Origin: a virus
Lineage: Duplodnaviria > Caudoviricetes
Reading direction: 5' to 3' (one strand)
IMG/VR virus record: IMGVR_UViG_3300042934_000211
Location: 1 to 33,230 of that record
Length of the DNA: 33,230 nt
The notes under the pieces were generated by a model. The model saw nothing but the letters and a program-made list of their open reading frames with translations, did no database searches and was not told the DNA's origin. Positions within the stretch are counted from its first letter, which is position 1. Each line of letters begins with the position of its first letter. A program made the translations under genes and the position numbers. Positions 24,732-33,230 of this stretch are shown here, piece by piece.

Positions 24732-24959
24732 TCGCAACGTGTAAGACAGTTGCCAACAATAGTCATTTTATTTTTAAGTGGTGAGTACTATAGGACATTC
24801 CACTCTGCGTTATTACGGTATACGCTTACCCACCGTCATTCTTGAACCGGAACAAAGAATAATAGAAAATCGGTTTAATCAGCCACCAAGTTTTGACACT
24901 TGGCAACCGTACACCACAGGAGGTCAACTGATAGCAAACTCTATCTATCGACATTTTAA

Positions 24960-24990
24960 ATTATAAACTATTTTAACCGAACATAACGAA
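24960..24990 (-). promoter_or_regulatory. Probable activator-dependent late promoter
   Basis: TATAAT (24960-24965) with TTCG-N5-TTCG direct repeat in place of a -35; downstream of the ArpU/RinA-type gene. Confidence 0.55.
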
Positions 24991-25027
24991 TTTTGTTATA
25001 CAATTATCCTCTTAAATTATTGGAATA

Positions 25028-25624
25028 TCACAATTCATACATTTTATTATAGCTAATTTTATTACTCTTAAAATTCTTTATTACATTTAAAATATATTCA
25101 GCTCTAGGTACTAAAATAGTCGCTGCAAAATAATAATATAACAATCCTACAAATATCATAAAGCTAACCAAATAGAAACTTTGATTCGAACTACCAAATA
25201 TATTTAAAAAAAATGTAATAATAATAGGTATCCATGAAAAAAGTTTTATTCTTGACAATTCAGCCTTTAGTTCAGCCTCTAAGCACTGAAGAACCTCTGT
25301 CTCTTTAATTTTTTCTATTTCACAAATTTCCTTTATAGCTTTTAGTATTTCGTCGTATCGCATATTACTTTTCCTTTTTTTGTCGTACGCATCATATAAT
25401 TTATAAACAAAAATATCATTTTGTTTCTTTTTTTTAATCTCATAAATAACAATGAAAAAGCCTACAAAACAAAATAAACCAAGTCCAATAAGTTGTCCTA
25501 CTATTTCAGAAGTTCTATCAAAATCCAAAAATCCCGTAAAAACTAAAACTAACAAAATTATAGTATAAAAAGATATCCCTAAAAATAAATAAAACAAATA
25601 CGCTAATAAATCTAACTTTTTCAT
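25028..25624 (-). CDS. Moron: four-TM membrane protein (2TM, soluble loop, 2TM)
   Basis: Four hydrophobic segments; GGAGG SD before MKKLD; own promoter. Confidence 0.75.
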   Translation of the reverse strand: MKKLDLLAYLFYLFLGISFYTIILLVLVFTGFLDFDRTSEIVGQLIGLGLFCFVGFFIVIYEIKKKKQNDIFVYKLYDAYDKKRKSNMRYDEILKAIKEICEIEKIKETEVLQCLEAELKAELSRIKLFSWIPIIITFFLNIFGSSNQSFYLVSFMIFVGLLYYYFAATILVPRAEYILNVIKNFKSNKISYNKMYEL

Positions 25625-25654
25625 ATACTCCTCCATGAAGCACTATTTTTTTAC

Positions 25655-25683
25655 ATTATATTACAATATTTATTATTTATCAA
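25655..25683 (-). promoter_or_regulatory. Sigma-A promoter of the membrane moron
   Basis: TTGATA-17 bp-TATAAT; -35 overlaps the end of the activator gene. Confidence 0.8.
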
Positions 25684-26110
25684 CATACCTGTTTAATTCC
25701 ATCCTGCAACTATCAGCAGTACTTCTCCCACCCATCCTATGAGCCACCTGAACCCAATTTAGTCCATCCACAAAGCGATACCTCATAATTCTTCTAATCC
25801 TACTATTTTCGTTACTATTTATGTATTCCTCGGCTTTAGTCTGCAATTCAAGAAGATCATCATAACTAGCTTTGAGATTAGCTTTATACCTATTAATCTT
25901 GATAATTCTGTTGCTATAACTACCCAAGCTATTAATTCCAATCCCTGCAATATTAAAATTATGTTCTGTATAAGGAAACTCACTAGAGGATCCTTTGACA
26001 ATATCTTTTTGTATTTCCTTGGATTGCTTTTCTAAATCAGCTATACGCTTTTCTAGATCCTTTATTTCCTCTTTCAGGTCAACATATTGTATCAGTATAT
26101 CTTTAGTCAC
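25673..26110 (-). CDS. ArpU/RinA-type late transcriptional activator
   Basis: N-terminal coiled coil, DIVKGS, C-terminal sigma-region-4-like HTH RRIMRYRFVDGLNWVQVAHRMG; end of the early region. Confidence 0.85.
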   Translation of the reverse strand: MTKDILIQYVDLKEEIKDLEKRIADLEKQSKEIQKDIVKGSSSEFPYTEHNFNIAGIGINSLGSYSNRIIKINRYKANLKASYDDLLELQTKAEEYINSNENSRIRRIMRYRFVDGLNWVQVAHRMGGRSTADSCRMELNRYVDK

Positions 26111-26199
26111 TTTATTCCCTCCTAACCCTTATCATTCTTAGCCACACAACTCCAAATTTCATTGTTCTAATAAATTTGTTGTATCACTATGTTTTCCTT

Positions 26200-26403
26200 T
26201 TAAATTTTTGATTTATCAGTATTTAATATCGCTTCTAAAATAATATCTATTGCATTTTCTAGTGAAATACTTTTAACTTCAGATATTTCCGTTGCTGCTT
26301 TAAATATTAAAGACGCCCCCATTAAAGCTGTATCAATTGCTTGTCCATTGTGAAATGAGATAGTCTTCCTTCTTTTATTTAAAATTACGATAGCAATTTT
26401 CAA
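26200..26403 (-). CDS. Hypothetical phage protein
   Basis: AAAGGAGG SD before TTG; 67 aa. Confidence 0.6.
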   Translation of the reverse strand: MKIAIVILNKRRKTISFHNGQAIDTALMGASLIFKAATEISEVKSISLENAIDIILEAILNTDKSKI

Positions 26404-26487
26404 TTTATATTCCTCCTTTATAGAATTTTAAATGGTATAGTGTTATTATATTATTATGAAAATATTACCAAAGAAAGGTGATTTATT

Positions 26488-27261
26488 ATGTCTGTGGACA
26501 AATTAAGTAAAGTTATTGAAACTGTTCCTGAAATTTATAATGATGTCGCACAACCTACCGCAAAGGAATTGGGTAAAACCTTATCATTGTTACCTCGAAC
26601 TATTAATGCTGCTCTTACTCCAGTACGTAAGTGGGTTGCGCAGAGAGAATATAATCTTGCTGAAACTGAAAAGCTTCTTGCTATTAAATTAAATAATATT
26701 GGTCTAGAAAAAATTGTTTCACCAGAGCCTTATGTCGCTGTCCCTGCGTTACAAGCAATATCATATTCAATGGATAATGCAGAACTTCGTAATTTATACG
26801 CTAATTTACTTGCTAAATCTATGAATATTGATACCAAAGAAACGGTTCATCCTTCGTTTGTTGAAACTATTAAACAACTTTCACCAGAAGATGCTATACT
26901 CTTTAAATATCTATGTTCCATAAACGTTCGACCCCTTATAGATGTACATCTTAAACTTAATACAAAAGGTAATTATCTAACTTTAGCTAAAAACTTCAAT
27001 TTATTCAATATACTTACGTATGCGCAGCAACAACTATCTATTGATAATTTGATACGTCAAAGATTAATCGATATTCCTCAGTACATATCTTATGGCAATA
27101 CTGAATTGTATAATGAAACTGAAATACAAGCTAAGCAAATATATTTTGTTGAACCCTATATAGCTCGATACCCAGAATCTAAAATTGAATTTAATCATTC
27201 GCGCATAGACATCACGTCTTATGGAGACGCTTTTCATAATATATGTATTTTAGATAAATAA
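26488..27261 (+). CDS. Abi-alpha (DUF4393)-like abortive infection protein
   Basis: LRNLYANLLAKSM...VHPSFVETIKQLSPEDA, SIDNLIRQRLI, ITSYGDAF motifs; opposite orientation to the phage genes; AAAGGTGA SD, TGGTATAGT extended -10 at 26433-26441. Confidence 0.82.
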   Translation: MSVDKLSKVIETVPEIYNDVAQPTAKELGKTLSLLPRTINAALTPVRKWVAQREYNLAETEKLLAIKLNNIGLEKIVSPEPYVAVPALQAISYSMDNAELRNLYANLLAKSMNIDTKETVHPSFVETIKQLSPEDAILFKYLCSINVRPLIDVHLKLNTKGNYLTLAKNFNLFNILTYAQQQLSIDNLIRQRLIDIPQYISYGNTELYNETEIQAKQIYFVEPYIARYPESKIEFNHSRIDITSYGDAFHNICILDK

Positions 27262-27380
27262 GTATTAATATCTGCTGAAATAGTGCAGATATTTCAATTT
27301 AAACCTTCCCACTAACTCTATCTTTAACTCATTTCAAGTTCTAACAAAGTACTTCTATATCGTTACTTACTACGCGGAAC

Positions 27381-27527
27381 TCATTGAGTTACTTTTGCCT
27401 GCTTATCAATAATATTGCAAATCTGCTTATTATAATCGAGTATGCGATCAACATATTCATTGGTTTTACCTATTCGCATTTTAAAGAAGTTTTTGATTTC
27501 TTTGAGTAATTTAATTTCGTTAATCAT
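27381..27527 (-). CDS. Possible small hypothetical protein (48 aa)
   Basis: MINEIKLLKEIKNFFK...; ATGA overlap with the upstream ORF. Confidence 0.4.
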   Translation of the reverse strand: MINEIKLLKEIKNFFKMRIGKTNEYVDRILDYNKQICNIIDKQAKVTQ

Positions 27528-27781
27528 TCTTCCACACTCCTCACACTTTCCAACATCTCCAATACAAGGCTTACACTATATTTATCATCTTTGTTAAAGT
27601 CTTTTTTGATGTCCTTAATCAGATTTTCAAGTTCTACTTGCTTTTCTACTGCTTTAATTGCAATGTCAAGTGCCTCAATATCCGCTGTCCATATCTCATC
27701 CGCATATACGCCCTTTGCGTGACATTCACTGTTTTGTCTTAGGCTTTTTAGTTGGCTTATTACTTCTTGGTTGTTCATCAT
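27524..27781 (-). CDS. Hypothetical phage early protein
   Basis: EALDIAIKAVEKQ motif common in clostridial phage proteins; GGGGG SD. Confidence 0.75.
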   Translation of the reverse strand: MMNNQEVISQLKSLRQNSECHAKGVYADEIWTADIEALDIAIKAVEKQVELENLIKDIKKDFNKDDKYSVSLVLEMLESVRSVEE

Positions 27782-27790
27782 ATACCCCCC

Positions 27791-27952
27791 CTAGCTCTTA
27801 TTAGTTTTCAAATACTCATTCATACAATGATTATCTATGTGTATTTCCGATTTTCGTCTAGTTTTAATCACTATGTGGTCGCCTGATACTTCTTTCCCAC
27901 ACAAAAGACAAAAGTAAATTTTTGTTTCTTTCTTTACTTCTAGAGCTTTCAT
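27791..27952 (-). CDS. Small CxxC-containing phage protein (53 aa; not in the ORF track)
   Basis: MKALEVKKETKIYFCLLCGKEVSGDHIVIKTRRKSEIHIDNHC...; AAGGAGG SD. Confidence 0.7.
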   Translation of the reverse strand: MKALEVKKETKIYFCLLCGKEVSGDHIVIKTRRKSEIHIDNHCMNEYLKTNKS

Positions 27953-27976
27953 TTCATCCCTCCTTCTTTACTCTTT

Positions 27977-28180
27977 TTACTCACTTTCAAGCTGTTCTAT
28001 CACTAGCAACGTCATTTTCTTGCAGATTGGATCATCATATTTCTTATATAAGTCCTCTGCCTCTGCACATACTTTGTCCCAATTCTCAACTGTATTTGCC
28101 ATACCGTGATATTTTGTATATAGATTATAGGTATCTTTAAATACATCTTTTACGATTAAGTTGATTGATTTAGTGTCCAT
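27977..28180 (-). CDS. Hypothetical phage protein
   Basis: MDTKSI... with AAAGGA SD; follows the origin. Confidence 0.7.
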   Translation of the reverse strand: MDTKSINLIVKDVFKDTYNLYTKYHGMANTVENWDKVCAEAEDLYKKYDDPICKKMTLLVIEQLESE

Positions 28181-28199
28181 TTTGTTAATTCCTTTCATT

Positions 28200-28435
28200 T
28201 GTAACACCTTATTTAATATGTTGTAACACCTTGTATATTGTTTGTAACCTCTAACGTGTTACGCTGAAAGCATTGATTTTACTAGCTTTTCAAGAGTTGT
28301 AACACCTGTAACACCTTTTTTTGCATATGCCCTTACGCGAGTAATAAAATATTCAAGTTTGTACGCTTTTTAATAACCAATATTAAGGTCCCTTATTTTT
28401 CGTGTTACAGGTGTTACAGGTGTTACGGTGTTACA
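28200..28435. repeat. Iteron array, probable phage replication origin
   Basis: TGTAACACC at 28200, 28222, 28298, 28307; four inverted GTGTTAC copies 28402-28435; AT-rich spacer between them; directly after the DUF927 gene. Confidence 0.8.
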
Positions 28436-30326
28436 TAAATGGCAGTTTTTCTTGTTCTTCATCAGACACATTGGTAAAACCGTCTTTATCAATACTATCT
28501 ATCTTTAACCATACACACCTTGCAACTGAGCCATTTAGTCTTTTAGTTTTTGTATTTTTACCCCCTGAGGAGCTTAATAAATCCTGTTTACCTGCCCATG
28601 ACAAGAATGCTTTACTTGAAAAATTACCACGTTCACAAATTTTATTAAATGCGTTGTTTAAAATAATTGCATAACCATTTTCGATAGATCCCCAAATTTC
28701 ACCTTTATATTCTCCGGTATAGTTATCTGGTTTGAATTTATTCATATTGATAGCAACTTCGGAAAGTATAAACTCATATGCTCTCTCATTCTCACTGACT
28801 TCTCCTTTATTTTTCAAGAGATCAACACACGCATCAAAATCTAAATATTCACCATCGCAAAAAATATAGTCTGTTGCAATTTTGTCAGTAGTTAAAATTA
28901 TTGACATTGGCAGTGTTTGTTTTTCTTCTTTGTCAACACCTAGCTCTTTTGCTCTTTGATTTATCCTTTGTAAAAACCCTTGCTGTATGTTCTTAATCTC
29001 TTCAAGGCCTATTTCATCGATAATCTCAATAAACTTTTTACCACAAAATCCATAGTTTTGTTTTATTATTTCAACAACTTCATTACCATTAGGGAATATG
29101 TAACCTTCTGACATTTCAACATCAATAATTCTATTTATAGCTCCACCTTGCATAGTTTCTGTTACAAGGCTGTGTTCACCGTTTGTTAGGATTACATTGC
29201 GCCAGGTAGTGGATTTATTCAACCCAAGGTTAGCGTTAGCTCTATCCTTACCTTTTCCAGAACAAAGCATATAAACTAATTCTGAAAAATCACCGCCGAA
29301 CTTATCCTTAAGTTGCGCCATATCGTCAATGAGCATTGGGAAGTTGTTTAAAAAATCTAACCTTAACTCTAATGCTGTAACAGTTGACTTGGGATCCGTA
29401 ACATAATCACTCTCTCCTGGATATGCCCAAACGCTTGCTGCTAACATCATAGCAACAGTTTTTCCTTTTCCTGTATCACCCCATAGATTAATAATAAATG
29501 GCAAAGCGTTCAAAGGTTCAATCAGGGCACTTGCCAAAGCTCCTACAAGATAAATTTTTGCTTCAAACCTTTTTGTTTTACGAACCTTTTTAATTAAATT
29601 AATCCATATATTTATATCACCACATTCTTTAATACTCTCAAAAGTTGTCTTAAATCTTGTTTCATTATCAAAAATAATATCCGCACCGTAAGGCATAAAT
29701 TGCTTATCTATCCACCCTAATTTTGACGTAGAAACCTGTATTTTTATTAGATTTATATTAAAATTTTCTATATCAGACAAATAACCAACTAATGCTTTTG
29801 CAGTCTCAGATGTAACTGAAATACCGTAGTCTGCCAATGAAACTATTTTATTTGCTGAAGCAATTACTCCTTTATCAACAATAACTTCTTTCCATTTGAA
29901 TCCTTTCTTGTAGGCTAACTTTATTTTCTCTTTGCCTGTTTCGGCATTTACAAGCCTTGATATAGGTATAATAGGGTGATAACAAGCTAATCGTTCTCCA
30001 AACATTGTAAAGGTTCTTATTCCATTATCATCAGCTATCCAATTCCCACAAAAAAGAGGTTCATACTCTTCACCGAAAGAAGAATAATTATTAAATGTGT
30101 TATCAACCCTTTTGATTTCTTTCTTTTTTTCAGCTAAAAATTCTTTTTCCTTTTTTTTAAAAGCTTGTAATAGATTTTCAAATTTATTCTTAACGCTTAG
30201 AATCTTAGCCTTATCTGTTAAGTCCTGTATTAGTCTCTCTCGCTCTACCGGATCGACCTCATCAAATATTTCACACATCACATTGTTAGATAATATAGTC
30301 GCTGCTGTTAGCTTATCAATGTCCAT
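28431..30326 (-). CDS. DUF927-family replicative helicase / initiator
   Basis: KLGW, Walker A GDTGKGKT, Walker B MLIDD, GKGKDRA, WRNVILTNGE, NYGFCG; start MDIDK with GAGGTG SD. Confidence 0.88.
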   Translation of the reverse strand: MDIDKLTAATILSNNVMCEIFDEVDPVERERLIQDLTDKAKILSVKNKFENLLQAFKKKEKEFLAEKKKEIKRVDNTFNNYSSFGEEYEPLFCGNWIADDNGIRTFTMFGERLACYHPIIPISRLVNAETGKEKIKLAYKKGFKWKEVIVDKGVIASANKIVSLADYGISVTSETAKALVGYLSDIENFNINLIKIQVSTSKLGWIDKQFMPYGADIIFDNETRFKTTFESIKECGDINIWINLIKKVRKTKRFEAKIYLVGALASALIEPLNALPFIINLWGDTGKGKTVAMMLAASVWAYPGESDYVTDPKSTVTALELRLDFLNNFPMLIDDMAQLKDKFGGDFSELVYMLCSGKGKDRANANLGLNKSTTWRNVILTNGEHSLVTETMQGGAINRIIDVEMSEGYIFPNGNEVVEIIKQNYGFCGKKFIEIIDEIGLEEIKNIQQGFLQRINQRAKELGVDKEEKQTLPMSIILTTDKIATDYIFCDGEYLDFDACVDLLKNKGEVSENERAYEFILSEVAINMNKFKPDNYTGEYKGEIWGSIENGYAIILNNAFNKICERGNFSSKAFLSWAGKQDLLSSSGGKNTKTKRLNGSVARCVWLKIDSIDKDGFTNVSDEEQEKLPFM

Positions 30327-30336
30327 TGCCTCACCT

Positions 30337-30816
30337 CTAATCATTTAAAATTTCGCATAAATACAACTGTTTCTGCAAATTGTTATAACAAACCGTCCAT
30401 TCATCAGAAAGAGGTTCATACTTGCTTAACCATTTGCGATATACCGTTATTAGCAAACAATTTAATTCCTTTTTAGCTTGTTTCTTTTGTTTCTTGATTT
30501 CTAACTTATTTCTCTCGCGCCTGGCTTTATCAATGTTAATTTTTGCAAAAAAATTATTTTCGTGTATTCCACCAAGTTCTTTAAAGGCTTCATCAAATGT
30601 TAAGTTGTCCAATTTCTGAACAAGTGTAAATATATCGCCACTTGATCCACATCCAAAACAATAATAAGAATCCTTATAAATTTTCATTGAAGCTGTTTTT
30701 TCATTGTGAAAGGGGCACTCTATGTAACCCCTTTTATTCTTCTTAAATCCAAAACGGGCAATTACTTCATCCATAGTAACGGTTGCTTTAATTTCTTCCT
30801 TAGTCAAGCCCACCAC
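30337..30816 (-). CDS. CHC2 zinc-finger protein (primase zinc-binding domain only)
   Basis: CPFHNEKTAS...YCFGCG.SGD; no TOPRIM domain. Confidence 0.88.
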   Translation of the reverse strand: MVGLTKEEIKATVTMDEVIARFGFKKNKRGYIECPFHNEKTASMKIYKDSYYCFGCGSSGDIFTLVQKLDNLTFDEAFKELGGIHENNFFAKINIDKARRERNKLEIKKQKKQAKKELNCLLITVYRKWLSKYEPLSDEWTVCYNNLQKQLYLCEILND

Positions 30817-31276
30817 TTCCTAGCAATTCAATTATTTTCTGTCCAGTATGTAACTTGTCACAAAATAGAAACTCGCATCCATACTTGCGCTCCATTGTAG
30901 CCATAATCTTTGACAAAGTTTCACCTGTCATAGCTTTATTTCCATCTTTCAGTCTTGGATTTTGCCACTTGGCCACATCCTCCACAGACTTAATTTGGTT
31001 ACTGTGCTCAATCAATATTACTATCTTTATACCGTTCTCTTGCGCCCTCAATAGCTCGGCTCGGAACCTTTCGTGTTGCTGACACATATTACTGCAAATC
31101 TCAGTTAAATTCTGTTTACGGTCAATTATCAGCCTTGGATTGTCCAGGGACATATAGTCCCCAACGAACAATTTTGATATGTAATACTTGACCCCTTGTT
31201 TGCCGAACTCGGCTAATATATTTTTAATTGCTCTCGCTTTTTCCCTCGAGTCAATTTGTATTGTTAGACTGCTCAT
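30800..31276 (-). CDS. ERCC4-domain nuclease / resolvase
   Basis: IDSREK, L.VGDY, IDRK...E, RFRAEL, ILIE motifs. Confidence 0.82.
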   Translation of the reverse strand: MSSLTIQIDSREKARAIKNILAEFGKQGVKYYISKLFVGDYMSLDNPRLIIDRKQNLTEICSNMCQQHERFRAELLRAQENGIKIVILIEHSNQIKSVEDVAKWQNPRLKDGNKAMTGETLSKIMATMERKYGCEFLFCDKLHTGQKIIELLGSGGLD

Positions 31277-31288
31277 ATCTTCCTCCTA

Positions 31289-31714
31289 TTAGTTAAAGGG
31301 TAATTCGTCTTCCATTCCATCAGGAATGTTCATAAATCCATCCCCTTGAGCTGCGCTTGGCTCTGGGCGTCTTCCTGTTTGCGCCTGGCTGTTATCATTT
31401 GTTTTGCTCTCAACAAATTCAACGTTATCAATAACTATATCAGTGGTATAAACTTTAGTTCCATCTTCCTTTTCGTATGAACCAGTCTGAATTCTTCCAG
31501 TCAATCCAATTCGTTGTCCTTTTAAAAAATACTTCTCAACAAACTCTGCAGTTTTTCCAAATGCTATGCAAGGTATAAAATCTGCAGTAGCTTGTCCCTC
31601 TTTTTTAAATTGTCTATCCACAGCTATATTGATTCTTGCTATACTTAATCCATTGGTTGTATATCTAACATCAGGATCCTTTGTTAATCTTCCAACTAAA
31701 CTTACGTTATTCAT
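31289..31714 (-). CDS. ssb: Single-stranded DNA-binding protein
   Basis: MNNVSLVGRLTKDPDVRY...acidic ELPF tail. Confidence 0.96.
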   Translation of the reverse strand: MNNVSLVGRLTKDPDVRYTTNGLSIARINIAVDRQFKKEGQATADFIPCIAFGKTAEFVEKYFLKGQRIGLTGRIQTGSYEKEDGTKVYTTDIVIDNVEFVESKTNDNSQAQTGRRPEPSAAQGDGFMNIPDGMEDELPFN

Positions 31715-31725
31715 CTTTCTTCCTC

Positions 31726-32481
31726 CTAATTTTGAAATGGGAATAAATCTAAATTGATTTCTAGTCCTTTATCTGCAATCGTAACCAATACGCTTTCACC
31801 AACTACTGCTTGTACTTCTTCTTTGAATAGCTTTTCATTCGAATTTCCATCGCTTAAATGCAAAAGACATACATTGTATAGGCTTGATGTTTTGTTTGTT
31901 AAAATGAAGCTTTTACAAGTTTCTAATTCCATATGTGACAGTAATACTCTATCTCGCAGACCTTTATTTATTTCATCCTGGCTAACTCGGTTATCAATTA
32001 TTTTTTGTGAATAGTTACACTCTATTAAAATGTGATTTAGCTTTTGATTTCTAAAATTGTATTTGACATACTCTGTATCTGTTGCAAATAACAAGGTTCC
32101 TATTTCTTGATGTTGTATTATAAACCCTAAACATTCAACGTCATGGACACATTCAAATGGTGTGACTGTAAACCCACCGATTTTATACCAATATCCTTTG
32201 CGTATTACATTATTACAGCAATTTTCTGTACTCCAAGTAGCCTTAGAAGTTTCATAGCTTGAATAAACATTTATCCCTGACACGATATATTCCCTTGAAT
32301 ATCCAAAGTGATCCTTGTGAGAATGCGAAGCCAAAACTCCAACTATCTTTGAAATGTTAAAATCCAATGCCTTTTTAACCTCCGAAAACTTAATCCCACA
32401 TTCCAGGACCAAACACTCTGTTTCATTTTCTAGGAGGTAGCAGTTTCCACTTGAACTACTACCTAAACATTTTAAAATCAT
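31726..32481 (-). CDS. MBL-fold hydrolase (likely exonuclease partner of RecT)
   Basis: LGSSSSGNCY, SHSHKDH, HD, ATDT, ECNY, HLS; start MILKC. Confidence 0.88.
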   Translation of the reverse strand: MILKCLGSSSSGNCYLLENETECLVLECGIKFSEVKKALDFNISKIVGVLASHSHKDHFGYSREYIVSGINVYSSYETSKATWSTENCCNNVIRKGYWYKIGGFTVTPFECVHDVECLGFIIQHQEIGTLLFATDTEYVKYNFRNQKLNHILIECNYSQKIIDNRVSQDEINKGLRDRVLLSHMELETCKSFILTNKTSSLYNVCLLHLSDGNSNEKLFKEEVQAVVGESVLVTIADKGLEINLDLFPFQN

Positions 32482-32485
32482 ATGG

Positions 32486-33229
32486 CTACCTTGCCCAATC
32501 TGGAATATCATCAACTTGATTAGTATTAGTGGCTTTCTGCTTATTGTCATTATCTTGGGTTGGCTCCATATCTATTACTGTTTCAAAACTTTGACTATTA
32601 GCATTTGCCTTGATATCAGCAGCCATTTCTTCGTCTGCGGTAACATTTTCATTGTCAACATAATGAGGATTTCCACTTTCATCAATAACTGCCATATCCT
32701 TGGTAAAAGCATCTTCCATTTCAATACTCATAATTCCCCACTTACTAATAAGTTGCCTAATCATAGTCTTTTCTGCCATTTCATCAAATGACTTGTACCA
32801 GTAAGAAGAATACTTCCAAAGTTCTTTTTGAGGAATTTCACCATTAAGTAGTTTATAATAACTGTCTAAATTGAAAGCCTGTGAATATGTATTTGCGTGC
32901 TTTTCCATCTTAGCTTTTGACCAATATATTTGTTTCTTAAATCCGTTCAGAAGTTCAAAGAATGCCAAATATCCAATTACCGGAAGTGATTCTCTGATAT
33001 CATCATCAACTATAAATTCGAATTTTGGTTTTGCAGTGAATTTATCTCTACCTAGATATTCTCCTTCGTGAATGTAGATACAATCTATATCTAAATACTG
33101 ACCAGTTCTCATTGCTAATTGTTTATAACCCTTAGCCCCAAGTTGGAACTGTGCATCTACTGATACTACATTTCCGCTTTTGTCTTTTTTCTTGTATGGG
33201 ACCATATAAAACTGTCCTAATTGTGGACT
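32486..33229 (-). CDS. recT: RecT-family single-strand annealing protein (5' truncated by window edge)
   Basis: SPQLGQFYMVPY, AQFQLGAKGYKQLAMRTGQY, FDEMAEKTMIRQLISKWG motifs. Confidence 0.93.
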   Translation of the reverse strand, partial: SPQLGQFYMVPYKKKDKSGNVVSVDAQFQLGAKGYKQLAMRTGQYLDIDCIYIHEGEYLGRDKFTAKPKFEFIVDDDIRESLPVIGYLAFFELLNGFKKQIYWSKAKMEKHANTYSQAFNLDSYYKLLNGEIPQKELWKYSSYWYKSFDEMAEKTMIRQLISKWGIMSIEMEDAFTKDMAVIDESGNPHYVDNENVTADEEMAADIKANANSQSFETVIDMEPTQDNDNKQKATNTNQVDDIPDWAR

Positions 33230-33230
33230 T

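Larger units (their letters stand above)
1..33230 (-). mobile_element. Temperate siphovirus prophage (partial); left boundary near position 115, extends beyond the right edge
   Basis: Co-oriented replication, terminase, portal, head, tail, tape measure, holin and endolysin modules in canonical order; no tail sheath gene seen. Confidence 0.95.

Noticed and set aside
24541-24966. Short ORFs 24541-24759, 24573-24845 and 24778-24966
   Set aside because: They overlap the tRNA-like element and hairpins and lack convincing SDs; the region reads better as non-coding
28200-28435. CRISPR array
   Set aside because: Repeats are 7-9 bp, in both orientations, irregularly spaced, with no cas genes; iterons fit better

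Overview
Most of an AT-rich temperate siphovirus prophage of a Bacillota (Clostridia-like) host, encoded almost entirely on the minus strand. From right to left: recombination and replication (RecT partial, MBL-fold hydrolase, SSB, ERCC4-like nuclease, CHC2 zinc-finger protein, DUF927 helicase, iteron origin), an ArpU/RinA-type late activator, an accessory block, a fused small+large terminase, an A118/SPP1-like head-tail cluster, tail tip and fibre genes, and lysis genes. A probable att junction near position 115 carries the displaced 3' end of a host GGGtGRT-family gene. The integrase and repressor end lies outside the window. The best candidate for an undescribed system is a self-promoted three-gene moron (22563-24471): a GHKL/anti-sigma-type kinase, a STAS-like DUF4325-type protein, and a membrane-anchored protein in place of the usual nuclease effector. 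It lies just downstream of a structured late leader containing a tRNA-like element with a 5-nt anticodon loop. Other notable items: a MuF/minor-capsid toxin fusion with an internal sigma-A promoter and candidate immunity gene, an Abi-alpha-like gene, tandem pseudoknots and an orphan perfect Shine-Dalgarno upstream of the scaffold gene, and several promoter-bearing morons. All family calls come from motif recognition and synteny by eye; no database searches were run.
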